Part shown: in pieces, positions 49,408-59,849 of the stretch
How the letters are laid out: each line of letters opens with the position of its first letter
Numbering within the stretch: position 1 is the stretch's first letter
Origin: Phormidesmis sp.
Lineage (GTDB): Bacteria; Cyanobacteriota; Cyanobacteriia; Leptolyngbyales; Leptolyngbyaceae
Direction: 5' to 3'
NCBI GenBank assembly: GCA_965248535.1
Contig: CBDFJR010000002.1
Span: 1,632,001-1,696,000 of the forward strand
Length of the DNA stretch: 64,000 nucleotides
Made by a program: the position numbers and the translations under genes
Notes under the pieces: generated by a model
What the model saw: the letters and a program-made list of their open reading frames with translations, nothing else
Database searches by the model: none
Told to the model about the DNA's origin: nothing

Positions 49408-50115
49408 CTATAGTCCTCCAAACCACTCATAGCCTTGGTCTTCCCAATAGCCTTTCATTGGGGTTAAGTCGCTCAACAGGGTAATTTGAGTCACCCACTT
49501 GCTCTGTTTATAGCCCAGTTTGACCGGAGAGGCGAGACGCAGCGGCGCACCGTTCTCGATCGCCAAAGGTGCCCCGTTTTTTTGATAGGCCATCAGGGTT
49601 TGAGGATGCACCGCCGAGGCTAAATCCCAGCTTTCATAATAGCCATCGGCTGACTTAAAATAGACGTAGCGCACCGTTGATTTAGGCTGCGCTAACTGAA
49701 TTAAATCTTGCAATCGCACGCCGCCCCACTGCACGATCGCGGCCCACCCTTCGACACACACATGACGAATCACCATGGACGTGAGGGGCATGGCTTGCAG
49801 GTCAGCCAAACTTAGCTGCATCGGGTGAGCGACTTCGCCCTGAATCTGCAAACGAAACTGAAGCGGATCAATCTGCGGAGTCATATCAAAAGTGTTGATC
49901 AGCAGTTTGTCTGGCTCGATCGCGCTGACCGGAAATTCTGGCATGGGCTTTTGACTCAGCAGCAGAGATTGCAGACCCTGGTTAAGCGGCTCAAAGGTCT
50001 GCCCTACCTGCTCAGAAAACAAGCTGGTTGCACAGCCACCCAGCAGCAAACTCGCTCCAGACAGCCCTGACCACTGCAAAAGTTGCCGACGAGATATCAC
50101 AGATTTAAGAGTCAT
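49408..50115 (-). CDS. Tat-exported molybdopterin oxidoreductase (MsrP/YedY, sulfite oxidase-like)
   Basis: SRRQLL, HVCVEGW, GAPLRL..P.KLGYK..KW, GYWED.GY. Confidence 0.9.
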   Translation of the reverse strand: MTLKSVISRRQLLQWSGLSGASLLLGGCATSLFSEQVGQTFEPLNQGLQSLLLSQKPMPEFPVSAIEPDKLLINTFDMTPQIDPLQFRLQIQGEVAHPMQLSLADLQAMPLTSMVIRHVCVEGWAAIVQWGGVRLQDLIQLAQPKSTVRYVYFKSADGYYESWDLASAVHPQTLMAYQKNGAPLAIENGAPLRLASPVKLGYKQSKWVTQITLLSDLTPMKGYWEDQGYEWFGGL

Positions 50116-50126
50116 CAGAATCTTCT

Positions 50127-50735
50127 CTAGAGAAACATTGATTTAACGAGGCGAGTGCTGCCAACGGTAAGCGCTAACAAAGAATGCACTACAGTGAATA
50201 GAATAATGATTGGGACGGTGATGAAATGAACTACGCGCAGGGTTTGCCAACTCCCGAACCAGTGCGATAGCCAATAGAACTGAACAGGTTTATACATCGC
50301 TAATCCTGAAATGATTGCTAATAGCAATACGGGAATAATGATCGTGTAAACCAATCGATGTAGCGCGTAGTTCTTACGTTTAGCATTCTGACTGACCTGC
50401 AAAGCTTTGATATCACTAGTGCTAGCAAATCGCTTTTTCCAACGACGAGAGATCAAAACATATAACCCATAAAACAATAGATTTAGCGAATAAAACCACA
50501 TGGCGGCAAAGTGCCAGTTGCGCCCATCTGCTAACCCTCCCCCCAACACCACAAGACTTGGAAAATGCCAACCCTCGCGACCTCCAAACACCGGATTGGC
50601 GTTATAAATTCGCAATCCGCTTGTCAACATCACGAATAGACTGATCAGGTTAACCCAATGAAAGGTTTTGGCCAAAATCGCCTGAGTGGGCATCGGCGGA
50701 GATTTGGGACGTTTAGCAGGCACCGCAGCAGTCAT
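50127..50735 (-). CDS. cytochrome b/b6-domain membrane subunit
   Basis: FHW.N, SGL.IYNA.P, WHFAAMW, YKPVQF, R.VHF. Confidence 0.88.
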   Translation of the reverse strand: MTAAVPAKRPKSPPMPTQAILAKTFHWVNLISLFVMLTSGLRIYNANPVFGGREGWHFPSLVVLGGGLADGRNWHFAAMWFYSLNLLFYGLYVLISRRWKKRFASTSDIKALQVSQNAKRKNYALHRLVYTIIIPVLLLAIISGLAMYKPVQFYWLSHWFGSWQTLRVVHFITVPIIILFTVVHSLLALTVGSTRLVKSMFL

Positions 50736-50758
50736 CGATCGAAGCTCCTGACTAAGGT

Positions 50759-51454
50759 TTATAACGATGGCGTTGGAAAGAATGGAGCTAGCCAAAGCTG
50801 AAGCTGCACATCCCAGCCGAGCAGAATGGCGATCGCGGTGGCAATCACCAGCACTCCTCCCACTTTTTGCAGCTTCGCACTGTGGCGACGCAGCCCAATT
50901 AATCGCTGGCTCAGGGTTCGTCCTCCATAGGCGATCGCTAAAAGTGGTAAAGCTGCCCCTAGCCCATAGGCGATCAACAGACCAAAAGACCCGGCGATCT
51001 GATGGTTAACCGCCGCTAAAACTAAGATGCCGCCGAGCACGGGCCCCGCGCACGGAGTCCAGAGCAGCCCTAGCTGAGTGCCTAACCAAAACTCTCCCCA
51101 CAGCCCAATGCGAGGCGGCTCTTTAGTCCAGCGGGCGATCGGCAAATAGCCAAAAATGCGATAGCTCCAGGTCGGAAAGATGGCGAGAAGACCGAGTAGC
51201 AGGAGCAGCCCGATCGCTACCAGTCTCAAAAGATTAGCGACTCCGGTCAGCCAGCTTGCTGTCACGCCTAATAGACTTCCGGCGACGGCAAACCCCCCAA
51301 CTAAGCCTGTGACCAGGGCGATCGGGCCATAGCGATGAGATTGCAGCGATCGTCCGATGAGAATGGGCAAAATCGGCAGAACGCAGGGTGACAGAACGGT
51401 GAGTCCGCCTGCTAAAAAAGCCAGACCTGTCGAGAGGGTAGAAGTCATAGTCAA
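50759..51454 (-). CDS. CcdA/DsbD-family transmembrane electron transporter
   Basis: SPCVLP and WTPCAGP. Confidence 0.9.
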   Translation of the reverse strand: MTMTSTLSTGLAFLAGGLTVLSPCVLPILPILIGRSLQSHRYGPIALVTGLVGGFAVAGSLLGVTASWLTGVANLLRLVAIGLLLLLGLLAIFPTWSYRIFGYLPIARWTKEPPRIGLWGEFWLGTQLGLLWTPCAGPVLGGILVLAAVNHQIAGSFGLLIAYGLGAALPLLAIAYGGRTLSQRLIGLRRHSAKLQKVGGVLVIATAIAILLGWDVQLQLWLAPFFPTPSL

Positions 51455-51513
51455 AGGGAGATGAAGCGGGGATTGACGTGACAGATCCGTGAGCAGGGCG
51501 GGTTGCCCCGACG

Positions 51514-52140
51514 TTAGGCTTTTTCTGCCAAGAGTTGTTGAATCATTTGCTCTGTGGTGTCGTAGGCACCTTCGCCAATGTGGTCATAGCGCATGAGACC
51601 GCGACGATCGGCTAAAAATAGGTGCGGCCAATATTCATTGCTGTAGGCTTTCCAGGTTTTAAACTCGTTGTCGATCGGGACGGGATAGGTAATCTGATGT
51701 TGCTTTAAGGCGTTTTTGACGTTGTTGAGATCGCGCTCATAGGCAAATTCTGGTGTGTGAATGCCGATCACTTTTAGCCCCGATCGGGCATATTGTTGAT
51801 GCCAACGCACAACGGAGGGCAAGGTGCGCTGACAGTTGATGCAGGCAAATGTCCAGAACTGCACGAGCACAACGCTGCCTTTGAGATCAGCGATCGACAC
51901 CGGAGCCGAATTTAACCACTGACTAATTCCCTGAAAGTCTGGAAGGGTTGCTCCAGCCGAGGCTACGCTGCTGTTGTTGGGTTGCTGCGGATCTGAGGGA
52001 GTAGTAGCGGGCCCGATCGTAGTTGTCGAACGGGTCAAGTTTTTAGAAGTGACTCCAAACGCGGTGGCTGCCCCCGCACCAACCACTCCTAACCCTAGAT
52101 AAAGCAATAATTGCCGACGCTGACGCGATCGTTGATCCAT
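51514..52140 (-). CDS. exported thioredoxin-like redoxin (DipZ C-terminal type)
   Basis: FWTFACINC, HTPEF, YWP, HIGEG. Confidence 0.9.
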   Translation of the reverse strand: MDQRSRQRRQLLLYLGLGVVGAGAATAFGVTSKNLTRSTTTIGPATTPSDPQQPNNSSVASAGATLPDFQGISQWLNSAPVSIADLKGSVVLVQFWTFACINCQRTLPSVVRWHQQYARSGLKVIGIHTPEFAYERDLNNVKNALKQHQITYPVPIDNEFKTWKAYSNEYWPHLFLADRRGLMRYDHIGEGAYDTTEQMIQQLLAEKA

Positions 52141-52361
52141 AACGCTCTCTGGTTAATAAAGGAGCGACGACTGCAATGGACGCTGCCCCAAGAATAATCA
52201 TCTGATCAGAAATCTTGTTTGACTTCTCATTCATTAGACTGCTGTCAGTCTATTCACAAAGTGACTTTTAGAATATTCAATGGATCGTGAATTAAATCAT
52301 ATCGATGACGATTTTAGTCATGTGCAACTATTAGATTTTATTTAATCCACGATCCAATAGA

Positions 52362-52682
52362 CTATGGCTTGGTAGGAGTCTCTTTCTTCATGGCATCGCC
52401 ATCCTTTTTCATTGCGTCGCCTTTCATCGCATCGCCATCTTTTTTCATTGCGTCGCCTTTCATCGCATCACCATCTTTTTTCATGGCATCGCCCTTCATC
52501 GCATCACCTTTCATCGCATCACCTTTCATGGCACCACTAGCTGGAGATGCACTAGCCGCCGGAACACTAGAGGCTGGGCTAGGAGCCGCTTGTTGTTTGA
52601 CTTCAGGAGTGCTTGAACAAGCAGCTAGACTTGCCATCAACGCAAAACTTGCGACTGAACCGATCATTTTCCAATTCATGTT
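52362..52682 (-). CDS. methionine-rich lipoprotein with MXKDX-type pentapeptide repeats
   Basis: Lipobox LAAC; about 9 (G)DAMK(K) repeats; start approximate. Confidence 0.8.
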   Translation of the reverse strand, partial: NMNWKMIGSVASFALMASLAACSSTPEVKQQAAPSPASSVPAASASPASGAMKGDAMKGDAMKGDAMKKDGDAMKGDAMKKDGDAMKGDAMKKDGDAMKKETPTKP

Positions 52683-52852
52683 TGTTGCCATCCTGTTCAA
52701 AAACTGTGAATGTTTCTCAATGCTCACAGTATGGCGATCGAGTCTGAGGCGGCACTGAACTTAATCTTGAAGGTTGCTGAATTTTTCTACTAAATGTTCT
52801 CAGGTCACACTCAGGGTTTTCTCAGAAAAGTCTGCTAGCCAGAATTTTGGGA

Positions 52853-55800
52853 TCATTCCCAGCGATCGAGTTCGGCGACCCAATATTGCACGATCGCGGT
52901 TACCTGGCTGCGCCGAGCTTCAAAGGTGGCCGCGATCCAGATAAACACTAGCCCTAAAACAATGCCCATTGCCCACAACAGCAGCGATTCATTGTTGATA
53001 AAAAACCAAAGCTGACGCACGACTTTGAGCATAAACGTTGCAGTGCCGACATACAAAAACGCCCGAACTTGCAGGGTCAACCCGGCTGTGATTAAGCCGA
53101 GACTAAACCCGATCGTGACCAATCCCTGCACCCAACTGCGATCGGATTGATAGAGAGCCGTGAAACAAAAGAGTCCAACCGCTAAACAACGCAACAGATG
53201 ACGCACTTCACGAGATGAGGGCGATCGCAACGCTGGATCAATCTGCACACCATAGAGAATAGAACCGCTAATGATCGTCATTAACCAGAGTGGATCGGTC
53301 AGGGAATAGTCATGTAGAATTTTGAGAATCGCCCAATCTGCCAGCCCAAGAGCAAGATAGCTGAGACGAATCTGAGCCGTCTCTCTCGCAAACCAGGCAT
53401 AAAAGGCAGCCGAAATTAACAAACTTTGCACCGCAATGTCTGAACTCGTGATCGCCACGATCGTGCCCGGCAATAGCGCCGCCGATCGCTGCCAAGGTTG
53501 ACGTGACCAGCCCCAAGTTTGCCAGGGTAAAGTGTAGAGTCCAAACGCTATTAGAATGGCGATCGCGGCTCCCCATTCTAATAGCGTTGATTCTGGTAGC
53601 GTTTGGTAGAGGGCATATCCGATCGCGGCCGATAGTTCAATCACGCCGAGATAGACCCAAGCAGATTGCGATCGTCCTTGCCAAATGGCATAACTGGCTA
53701 ACAGGGTGGTCACTCCCATCCAGATCAGTCTGAACGGGGGACTGAGAGGAGCGATCAGCGCCGTCAACGCCAACAAGCTGCCGCCGAACCAGTGTAGATG
53801 GGCCCAGTTAGAAAGCTCAGATTGGGTGAGGCGCAAATAAGGGCGCAACCATCGAGCCGTCAGACGATAGAGGAGCGCGATCGCCGTTGCTAATCCTGCC
53901 AGTAGCGTCACGCCATCTCCCCCAGAGCCGCCAGAACTGTGCAGCAGTTGGTAGGTTAAGCCCTCATAAGCGGCGATCGAGGCGATCGTCATGCCTAAAA
54001 TCGTCAACGGTTTGAGATCAGGCTGACGACGACCGGCCCCGATTAACGGCAACGCCGCCGCAAGGCTATAGAGTCCGGTGGTGGGGGTGAAGTGAGAGTG
54101 AGCTAAAAACCCGCCGAGAAGGGCGTAGAATGCCGGAATTCCGTGCAGACTGAGCAGGACAGAATCGGGATGGCGACGTATCCAGTGATCGCCTAAGAGT
54201 TGGGTGACTAATCCCAAAATTAGCGTGACCAGCGCCAAATCGTCCCACGTTCCTCCGCGCAAATTGATCAAACTGAGGGAGAGCAACTCAACGCCCCAAG
54301 CGGCACCGCACAATCCTAAATTAGTCGGTCGCTGCAAGATGCGATAAGCGATCGCACCAGTGGTTAGCCCAGCCGTAAGCGCATAGCGCCAGTCAAGAGG
54401 GCGTAACCAAACCAGTTCGGCGTGAAGAGTAATCAGGGTCAGCACGCTCAGATTAAACAAACTGAGAGCGATCGCCCAGCCGTTTAATGCCCGCGCATAA
54501 AGACGAGCCAGCATGGTTTGCCGACGGCTGACCAGATGACGTAAGAGCCAAAGCCCGATGAGGACGATCGCCAAGAAGGGAAAAACCCATTCTGATGGAA
54601 TTGGGTTCCAAAGTCTCCACACTAGAGCGATCACAAAGCTAATACCAAAGCCAACCGTGATCGCGGCTGCTGTTAACTGCTGGAGTGATTGAGTGTTGAC
54701 GATCATTAAAATCGTAGCGATCGTAAGCGTAATCAGTAAAGGATTAAGCTCTGCGATCGTTAAAATGGGAGCACCTAATAACGCTAATATACTCAGCCAA
54801 CTTGCCCAACCAGAATAGGAAAACTGAGGACGACGAGCCAGTAACGTTAATAGAATGGGAGTCACTAGCCAGACAAGATTTCCCTGGGCGTTGGTAACGC
54901 TAGCGTAATTTAACAGCGTATAGCTTAAAGTAGCCAATCCGATGCCCAAATACCAAGCGCTGAGTTGCCAACCTCGATTGCGAGTCAGCCCGCACAACAC
55001 CCACTCAGCCACCATCGCGACCAACAGCCCGATCGCCCAAGGTCTTTCGGTCAGAGTCGGAAACCCCCAATTAATCCAGGCAAAAACGGCAAGCAGCCCG
55101 GTAATGTGAGTCAGATAGACATACCAAACCGCGGCAGATAATCGCCCCGGTATGAAAACGCCCAAGGTCAGTGCCGAGATGCCTAAATAAATGGCGCGAA
55201 CTAACGGATTAAACGCACCGGGAATTGCCAAAAGAAGCCCTAACCCCAAAGCCATTTTTTCGGCAGCGATCGCCAGATCAGCGTGCTGCGATCGTCGCAA
55301 ATAAGCCGCAAATCCCAAAATTATCAGCACGTAGAGGAAAAATCCCAACCCGGTCATTTCCCAGGCACCCTGCTGGAGATGGGCCCATTCGGCAATCATC
55401 GCCATCACACTCCGACGCACCGCCGGGGGAAAGATCACCCGCAGCAGCGCATAGGTTTGCAGCCCCACCAGCACCAGCGCCACCACCTCTTGCAGTCGCC
55501 AAAATCGCTGCAACCGCTCCGCTAGCAGCCAGAGCACTAACCCACTCACCGCTAAGGCTTGCCACAGTTGGTCGGCGGTGACTGTCACACACCAGCCCAG
55601 AATGAGCAACCCGGCTCCGGCTGGAGTCCACAGGGGTTTTGAGTTGCGGCGATTGATCCAGCAGAGAATCCAGCCGCAGATGCCTAAAGCTAGCCCCAAT
55701 CGACTGACCGGAATTCCTTTGACTAAAACGGCTCTGCCGATTAGCAGCAAGGTCGAAAACGCGATCGCGATCAGTCCCAAATCTAGCGGAAATCGGGTAG

Positions 55801-56593
55801 ACGAATCTTCTTCACGATCGCGGCGGCTGACTTGCAGAATCGCAGTCCCGATCGTGCCCACATAAACCGCGATGAGCGGAATTTCTGGCACAGCCCAGCC
55901 CCAGTGCAGCCAACTCAACCCCCAGGCATTTAGCAACGTGGTGCGCGAACCCGATCGCAACAGCCGAAACGACAGCGCCGAAAGACTCAGGGCAGCGATC
56001 GCGCCCATTCCCCAGCCCAAGCCATTTTGCCACAGCCCAAATCCATCAATCATCCAAAAGTTGACCGGAACGAGCAGCAGCGTCGCAATTTGCAGCATTC
56101 GCCCCGTGAGCCGCAGATTCGATCGCGCCCCTGCCCACAGACCCGCCAGCCCAAACCCCAGCGTGTAGCCCCACAAGATAGAATATTGACCGACGATCGA
56201 GAAGTTTTTCCACTGCGTTGCTGCCAAAACCGCAGACGACACAACCACCATAAACACGCCCAAAAACAGCAGCCAGACCACGCTAATCTCTGCCATCAGC
56301 GACGAGAGCATCTGACCCACCCAAGAGGGTCTAGCGGGAGTTGGGCGCGGCTGAGGAGTAATGGCAACAGCACTGAGAGCAGGTTCAGCAATAAAGTCTT
56401 CTGCATAAGGATCTGAAACTGGAGCAGCCACCCGATCGGGCAGTCGGCAAGTCAGCGATTGTTGCCCTAACTGCATCACCTGTTGATTAGAAAGCAGCCC
56501 CAGTTGCAGCCAAACGTCTAATCCTTCTAGAAACTCGGTTTGATCCGATCGCGGCTGTAGCTCAAGCTGAATCAAACGTCTGGGTTGTTCCAT
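52853..56593 (-). CDS. large polytopic membrane protein (DUF2157-like)
   Basis: 1246 aa, many TM segments, W.L.LGVF.VV.SS motif. Confidence 0.8.
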   Translation of the reverse strand: MEQPRRLIQLELQPRSDQTEFLEGLDVWLQLGLLSNQQVMQLGQQSLTCRLPDRVAAPVSDPYAEDFIAEPALSAVAITPQPRPTPARPSWVGQMLSSLMAEISVVWLLFLGVFMVVVSSAVLAATQWKNFSIVGQYSILWGYTLGFGLAGLWAGARSNLRLTGRMLQIATLLLVPVNFWMIDGFGLWQNGLGWGMGAIAALSLSALSFRLLRSGSRTTLLNAWGLSWLHWGWAVPEIPLIAVYVGTIGTAILQVSRRDREEDSSTRFPLDLGLIAIAFSTLLLIGRAVLVKGIPVSRLGLALGICGWILCWINRRNSKPLWTPAGAGLLILGWCVTVTADQLWQALAVSGLVLWLLAERLQRFWRLQEVVALVLVGLQTYALLRVIFPPAVRRSVMAMIAEWAHLQQGAWEMTGLGFFLYVLIILGFAAYLRRSQHADLAIAAEKMALGLGLLLAIPGAFNPLVRAIYLGISALTLGVFIPGRLSAAVWYVYLTHITGLLAVFAWINWGFPTLTERPWAIGLLVAMVAEWVLCGLTRNRGWQLSAWYLGIGLATLSYTLLNYASVTNAQGNLVWLVTPILLTLLARRPQFSYSGWASWLSILALLGAPILTIAELNPLLITLTIATILMIVNTQSLQQLTAAAITVGFGISFVIALVWRLWNPIPSEWVFPFLAIVLIGLWLLRHLVSRRQTMLARLYARALNGWAIALSLFNLSVLTLITLHAELVWLRPLDWRYALTAGLTTGAIAYRILQRPTNLGLCGAAWGVELLSLSLINLRGGTWDDLALVTLILGLVTQLLGDHWIRRHPDSVLLSLHGIPAFYALLGGFLAHSHFTPTTGLYSLAAALPLIGAGRRQPDLKPLTILGMTIASIAAYEGLTYQLLHSSGGSGGDGVTLLAGLATAIALLYRLTARWLRPYLRLTQSELSNWAHLHWFGGSLLALTALIAPLSPPFRLIWMGVTTLLASYAIWQGRSQSAWVYLGVIELSAAIGYALYQTLPESTLLEWGAAIAILIAFGLYTLPWQTWGWSRQPWQRSAALLPGTIVAITSSDIAVQSLLISAAFYAWFARETAQIRLSYLALGLADWAILKILHDYSLTDPLWLMTIISGSILYGVQIDPALRSPSSREVRHLLRCLAVGLFCFTALYQSDRSWVQGLVTIGFSLGLITAGLTLQVRAFLYVGTATFMLKVVRQLWFFINNESLLLWAMGIVLGLVFIWIAATFEARRSQVTAIVQYWVAELDRWE

Positions 56594-56807
56594 GATTTGC
56601 CATTGCGTTTCAGGTCAATGGGGTGATCATGGCAGAGCTTTGACCAGCGCGCACGGTAACCTGTGTAACTTTGGGCGCTGACTGCGATCGTGGGTCGAGT
56701 CCTATCGCCTACTGGCATCAGCAATGGGCATGGCGTGCTGTGCCCTTACCCAGATTTTGGGCGGTGCCATGGACTGATCAAGCCTCCGCTTTAGCGAATC
56801 TACACCG

Positions 56808-57938
56808 CTAAGGTTTTTCGCCTGAGATGATGTGCACGTCGATGTTTTTGAGAGACTTGAGAAGCTGTTGCGTTAATGAACCGCGCAAAAACACCTTCCA
56901 GCGCGATTGTTGGCTTTCACCAATCACAATCTGCGTGATGCGATAATCGTTAGCCACGTCAGCGATCGCTCTAGCTTTATTGTGACCACTCACTCGCACA
57001 AACCGCCCACCAAATTCCTGACATAATCGCTCACAGGTTTCAATGTGCAGGCTTTCTGATTTATTTAAGAAGCGATCGGGATCATCCACAAATAAACAGT
57101 AAAACGGGGCGTGCATATATCCTGAGATTCTCGCCCCTCGCCGCACTAGCTGAATCGCGTTGGGATAGGTCGAGACACAGACCAGCACGCGCTCATGCAC
57201 ATTGCAGTAGGGGGCTTTGTCGGTTGAATGGTTGTCTCCTTCGATCGCGCCTTCTTCAACTTGGTCTGCTAACTCTCGTAGGGCCAGTTCTCTCAGCGCG
57301 ATTAAATTGCGACGTTGAAAAAAGTTTTGTAGCGATTGATCGATTTTTTCAGGCGCATAGATTTTTCCGTCTCTTAAGCGTTCCTCTAGCGTTTCAGGCG
57401 TGACATCAACGACGACCACTTCAGCCGCTTCATCAAGCAATCGATCGGGCACTCGCTCTCTCACAACAATTCCTGTAATCCTCGCTACGAGGTCGTTTAA
57501 GCTCTCTAGGTGCTGAATGTTGACCGTTGAGAAGACATCAATGCCAGCCGCTAAAATCACTTCGACATCCTGATAGCGCTTTTCGCGCTCAGAGCCAGGA
57601 ACGTTGGTGTGTGCCAGTTCATCGACTAAAACCAGTTGAGGCTGACGGGCAATAATCGCCGGGGTGTCCATTTCGGTCAGCGTCACACCCGACCAGGTGA
57701 TTTTTTGACGAGGCACTTGCTCTAAACCCACCGCTTTAGCGATCGTTTCTTGGCGATTGTGGGTTTCGAGCAGCCCAATCACGATATCGGTGCCCTCTTT
57801 TTTGAGGCGCTCCCCTTCCTCCAGCATTTTGTAGGTTTTGCCCACGCCGGGAGACATCCCAATAAAGACTTTGTGCTTGCCACGGCGAGCGGGACGAATG
57901 TAAGCCCGATCGGGCGAACTATTGGGTGAGTTTTGCAT
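56808..57938 (-). CDS. kdpD: KdpD N-terminal sensor domain + USP domain protein (no kinase domain)
   Basis: GMSPGVGKTY.ML, DELAHTN, N.QHLESLND, LRELALR. Confidence 0.9.
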   Translation of the reverse strand: MQNSPNSSPDRAYIRPARRGKHKVFIGMSPGVGKTYKMLEEGERLKKEGTDIVIGLLETHNRQETIAKAVGLEQVPRQKITWSGVTLTEMDTPAIIARQPQLVLVDELAHTNVPGSEREKRYQDVEVILAAGIDVFSTVNIQHLESLNDLVARITGIVVRERVPDRLLDEAAEVVVVDVTPETLEERLRDGKIYAPEKIDQSLQNFFQRRNLIALRELALRELADQVEEGAIEGDNHSTDKAPYCNVHERVLVCVSTYPNAIQLVRRGARISGYMHAPFYCLFVDDPDRFLNKSESLHIETCERLCQEFGGRFVRVSGHNKARAIADVANDYRITQIVIGESQQSRWKVFLRGSLTQQLLKSLKNIDVHIISGEKP

Positions 57939-58008
57939 GGTTTGTGAACAGAATAAACAGCCGCCACATTTGCCGCATTAATCGCGAAGGAATGTAACCG
58001 AAATTCCC

Positions 58009-58036
58009 GTAGGGGCACGGCACCGCCATGCCCCCT
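58009..58036. repeat. GTAG-type REP-like palindrome
   Basis: GTAGGGGCACGGCACCGCCATGCCCCTA; degenerate copy at 56726-56749. Confidence 0.6.
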
Positions 58037-58104
58037 AATCATCGCCCATAACCCCAATCCTCGATCGCCAGTGAGAAAGTTCCTACCCGGCGATCGTCCG
58101 TCGA

Positions 58105-59574
58105 TCAGCCCATCACCCAATTTACCAGCGTTCTCACGCCATAGCCCGTTGCCCCCGCCCCGTTATAGCCGTTTTCTTTGTCTGCCCACACGGGCCCAGC
58201 GACATCCAGATGCGCCCAAGGAGTCTCTTTGACAAACTGCTTGAGAAACATCGCAGCACTGATCGCCCCGCCCGCCCGCGCCCCTGTATTTTTCATGTCA
58301 GCGATGCCCGACTTCATGCTCTCAAAATATTTTTCCTCCATCGGCATCCGCCAAAGTTTTTCACCTGCCTGCTCTGAGGCGTGTTGCAGTTGAGTGGCCA
58401 CCGCATCATCAGGACTCCACAGCCCAGCAATATCGTCGCCCAAGGCAACCACGCAAGCACCCGTTAGCGTGGCCAGATCGACGATCGCTTCTACCCCCAG
58501 CTTTTCAGTAAACACTAGGGCATCCGCTAGCGTTAACCGCCCTTCAGCATCCGTGTTGTTAATTTCAATCGTCTTCCCATTCGAGGCGGTGAGAATATCG
58601 CCGGGGTGAATAGCGCGACCGCTGATCATATTCTCGGCCGCAGCGACGATAAAGTGAATCTCAACATCGGGTTTAATTTGCGCGATCGCTTTAGCTGCGC
58701 CCAAGGTGGCACCCGCCCCGCCCATGTCGGTCTTCATCATCTCAATGCCGCTGCCCGCCCCTTTGATATTTAACCCACCCGAATCAAAGGTGATGCCTTT
58801 GCCGATGATGGCCAGTTTGCGGCGCGGCGTGCCGTCAGGCTTGTAGGTCAAGTGAATGAATTTTGGCGGCAGGTCAGAGGCTTGAGCAACTCCCAAAAAG
58901 GCTCCCATGCCGAGCTTTTCGCAGTCTTCCTTCTCTAGAATTTCGAGGTTCAAACCATAGTCTTGAGCGATCGCTTGAGCCGTTTCTGCTAGGGTGAGCG
59001 GGGTGACATAGTTTGCAGGGGCGGCGACCAGTTCGCGGGCTAAAAAGACCCCAGAGCAAACTTTGCGAGCATGGTCGATGGCGGCATCCTGTCCAGTCAG
59101 CCCGATCAGATCAACCTGTTCGATGCTAGGTTTGTCATCTGACTCTGACTTAAAGCGGGTGTCTTGATAGAGCGCAAGTTCGACCCCTTCAACGATCGCT
59201 TGGGCAGTGGCGGCCGCGTTTTGGTTCCAGATCGGCAAGCTCAGTCCTAGGGTTTTGCAGCGTTCTTTTTTAGCCAGTTTGGCCGCTGCTGCTGCTGACC
59301 GCCTAATCCCATCTAGTTTGAGCACATCTGATTTGCCCAACCCCACCAAGATCAGCTTGCGAATCGAGCTTTGAGGTCCAACGCGCATAGACACACTGCT
59401 GCCAGATTTGCCTTTAAAGTCCATGTCAGCGATCAAGTCCTTCACCGCCCCTGACAGTTTTTCGTCGAGGGCTGTTAGGTCGTCGGTTAGCTCAACCTCG
59501 TTTTCAAATAACCCGATCGCGAGACCATCGCCTGACCAGTTGAGATGCGAAGTATCTGTTGCTTGTAGCTTCAT
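58105..59574 (-). CDS. pepA: leucyl aminopeptidase (M17)
   Basis: [25 protein letters not shown]. Confidence 0.96.
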   Translation of the reverse strand: MKLQATDTSHLNWSGDGLAIGLFENEVELTDDLTALDEKLSGAVKDLIADMDFKGKSGSSVSMRVGPQSSIRKLILVGLGKSDVLKLDGIRRSAAAAAKLAKKERCKTLGLSLPIWNQNAAATAQAIVEGVELALYQDTRFKSESDDKPSIEQVDLIGLTGQDAAIDHARKVCSGVFLARELVAAPANYVTPLTLAETAQAIAQDYGLNLEILEKEDCEKLGMGAFLGVAQASDLPPKFIHLTYKPDGTPRRKLAIIGKGITFDSGGLNIKGAGSGIEMMKTDMGGAGATLGAAKAIAQIKPDVEIHFIVAAAENMISGRAIHPGDILTASNGKTIEINNTDAEGRLTLADALVFTEKLGVEAIVDLATLTGACVVALGDDIAGLWSPDDAVATQLQHASEQAGEKLWRMPMEEKYFESMKSGIADMKNTGARAGGAISAAMFLKQFVKETPWAHLDVAGPVWADKENGYNGAGATGYGVRTLVNWVMG

Positions 59575-59849
59575 CTTTTGTTTGCGGTTCAATGATTGAT
59601 TTCCAGTATCGATCAAAAGTGAAAAGGGTGTAGGTCAATTTTGCGAATGGGACTCCCGTTTGGGGACTGTTGGATAAGCTCAACGCCGCGATCGCGCCTC
59701 TTTACGGGTAGCTAAAAGAACTTAGAACCCAGCAGCTAGTGTCTTAAGATACCAAACAGTTGCAGATTTGTTTTTTCTTATCAGCACCTTGTGAATCTTT
59801 GCTATAACTGCTGAGGGTTTGAGAAGATTTCACCCATCCGGGGAGAGAC

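Noticed and set aside
52385..52530. Tandem repeats as a possible CRISPR array
   Set aside because: They are in-frame coding repeats (GDAMK) without unique spacers, and there are no cas genes in the window.
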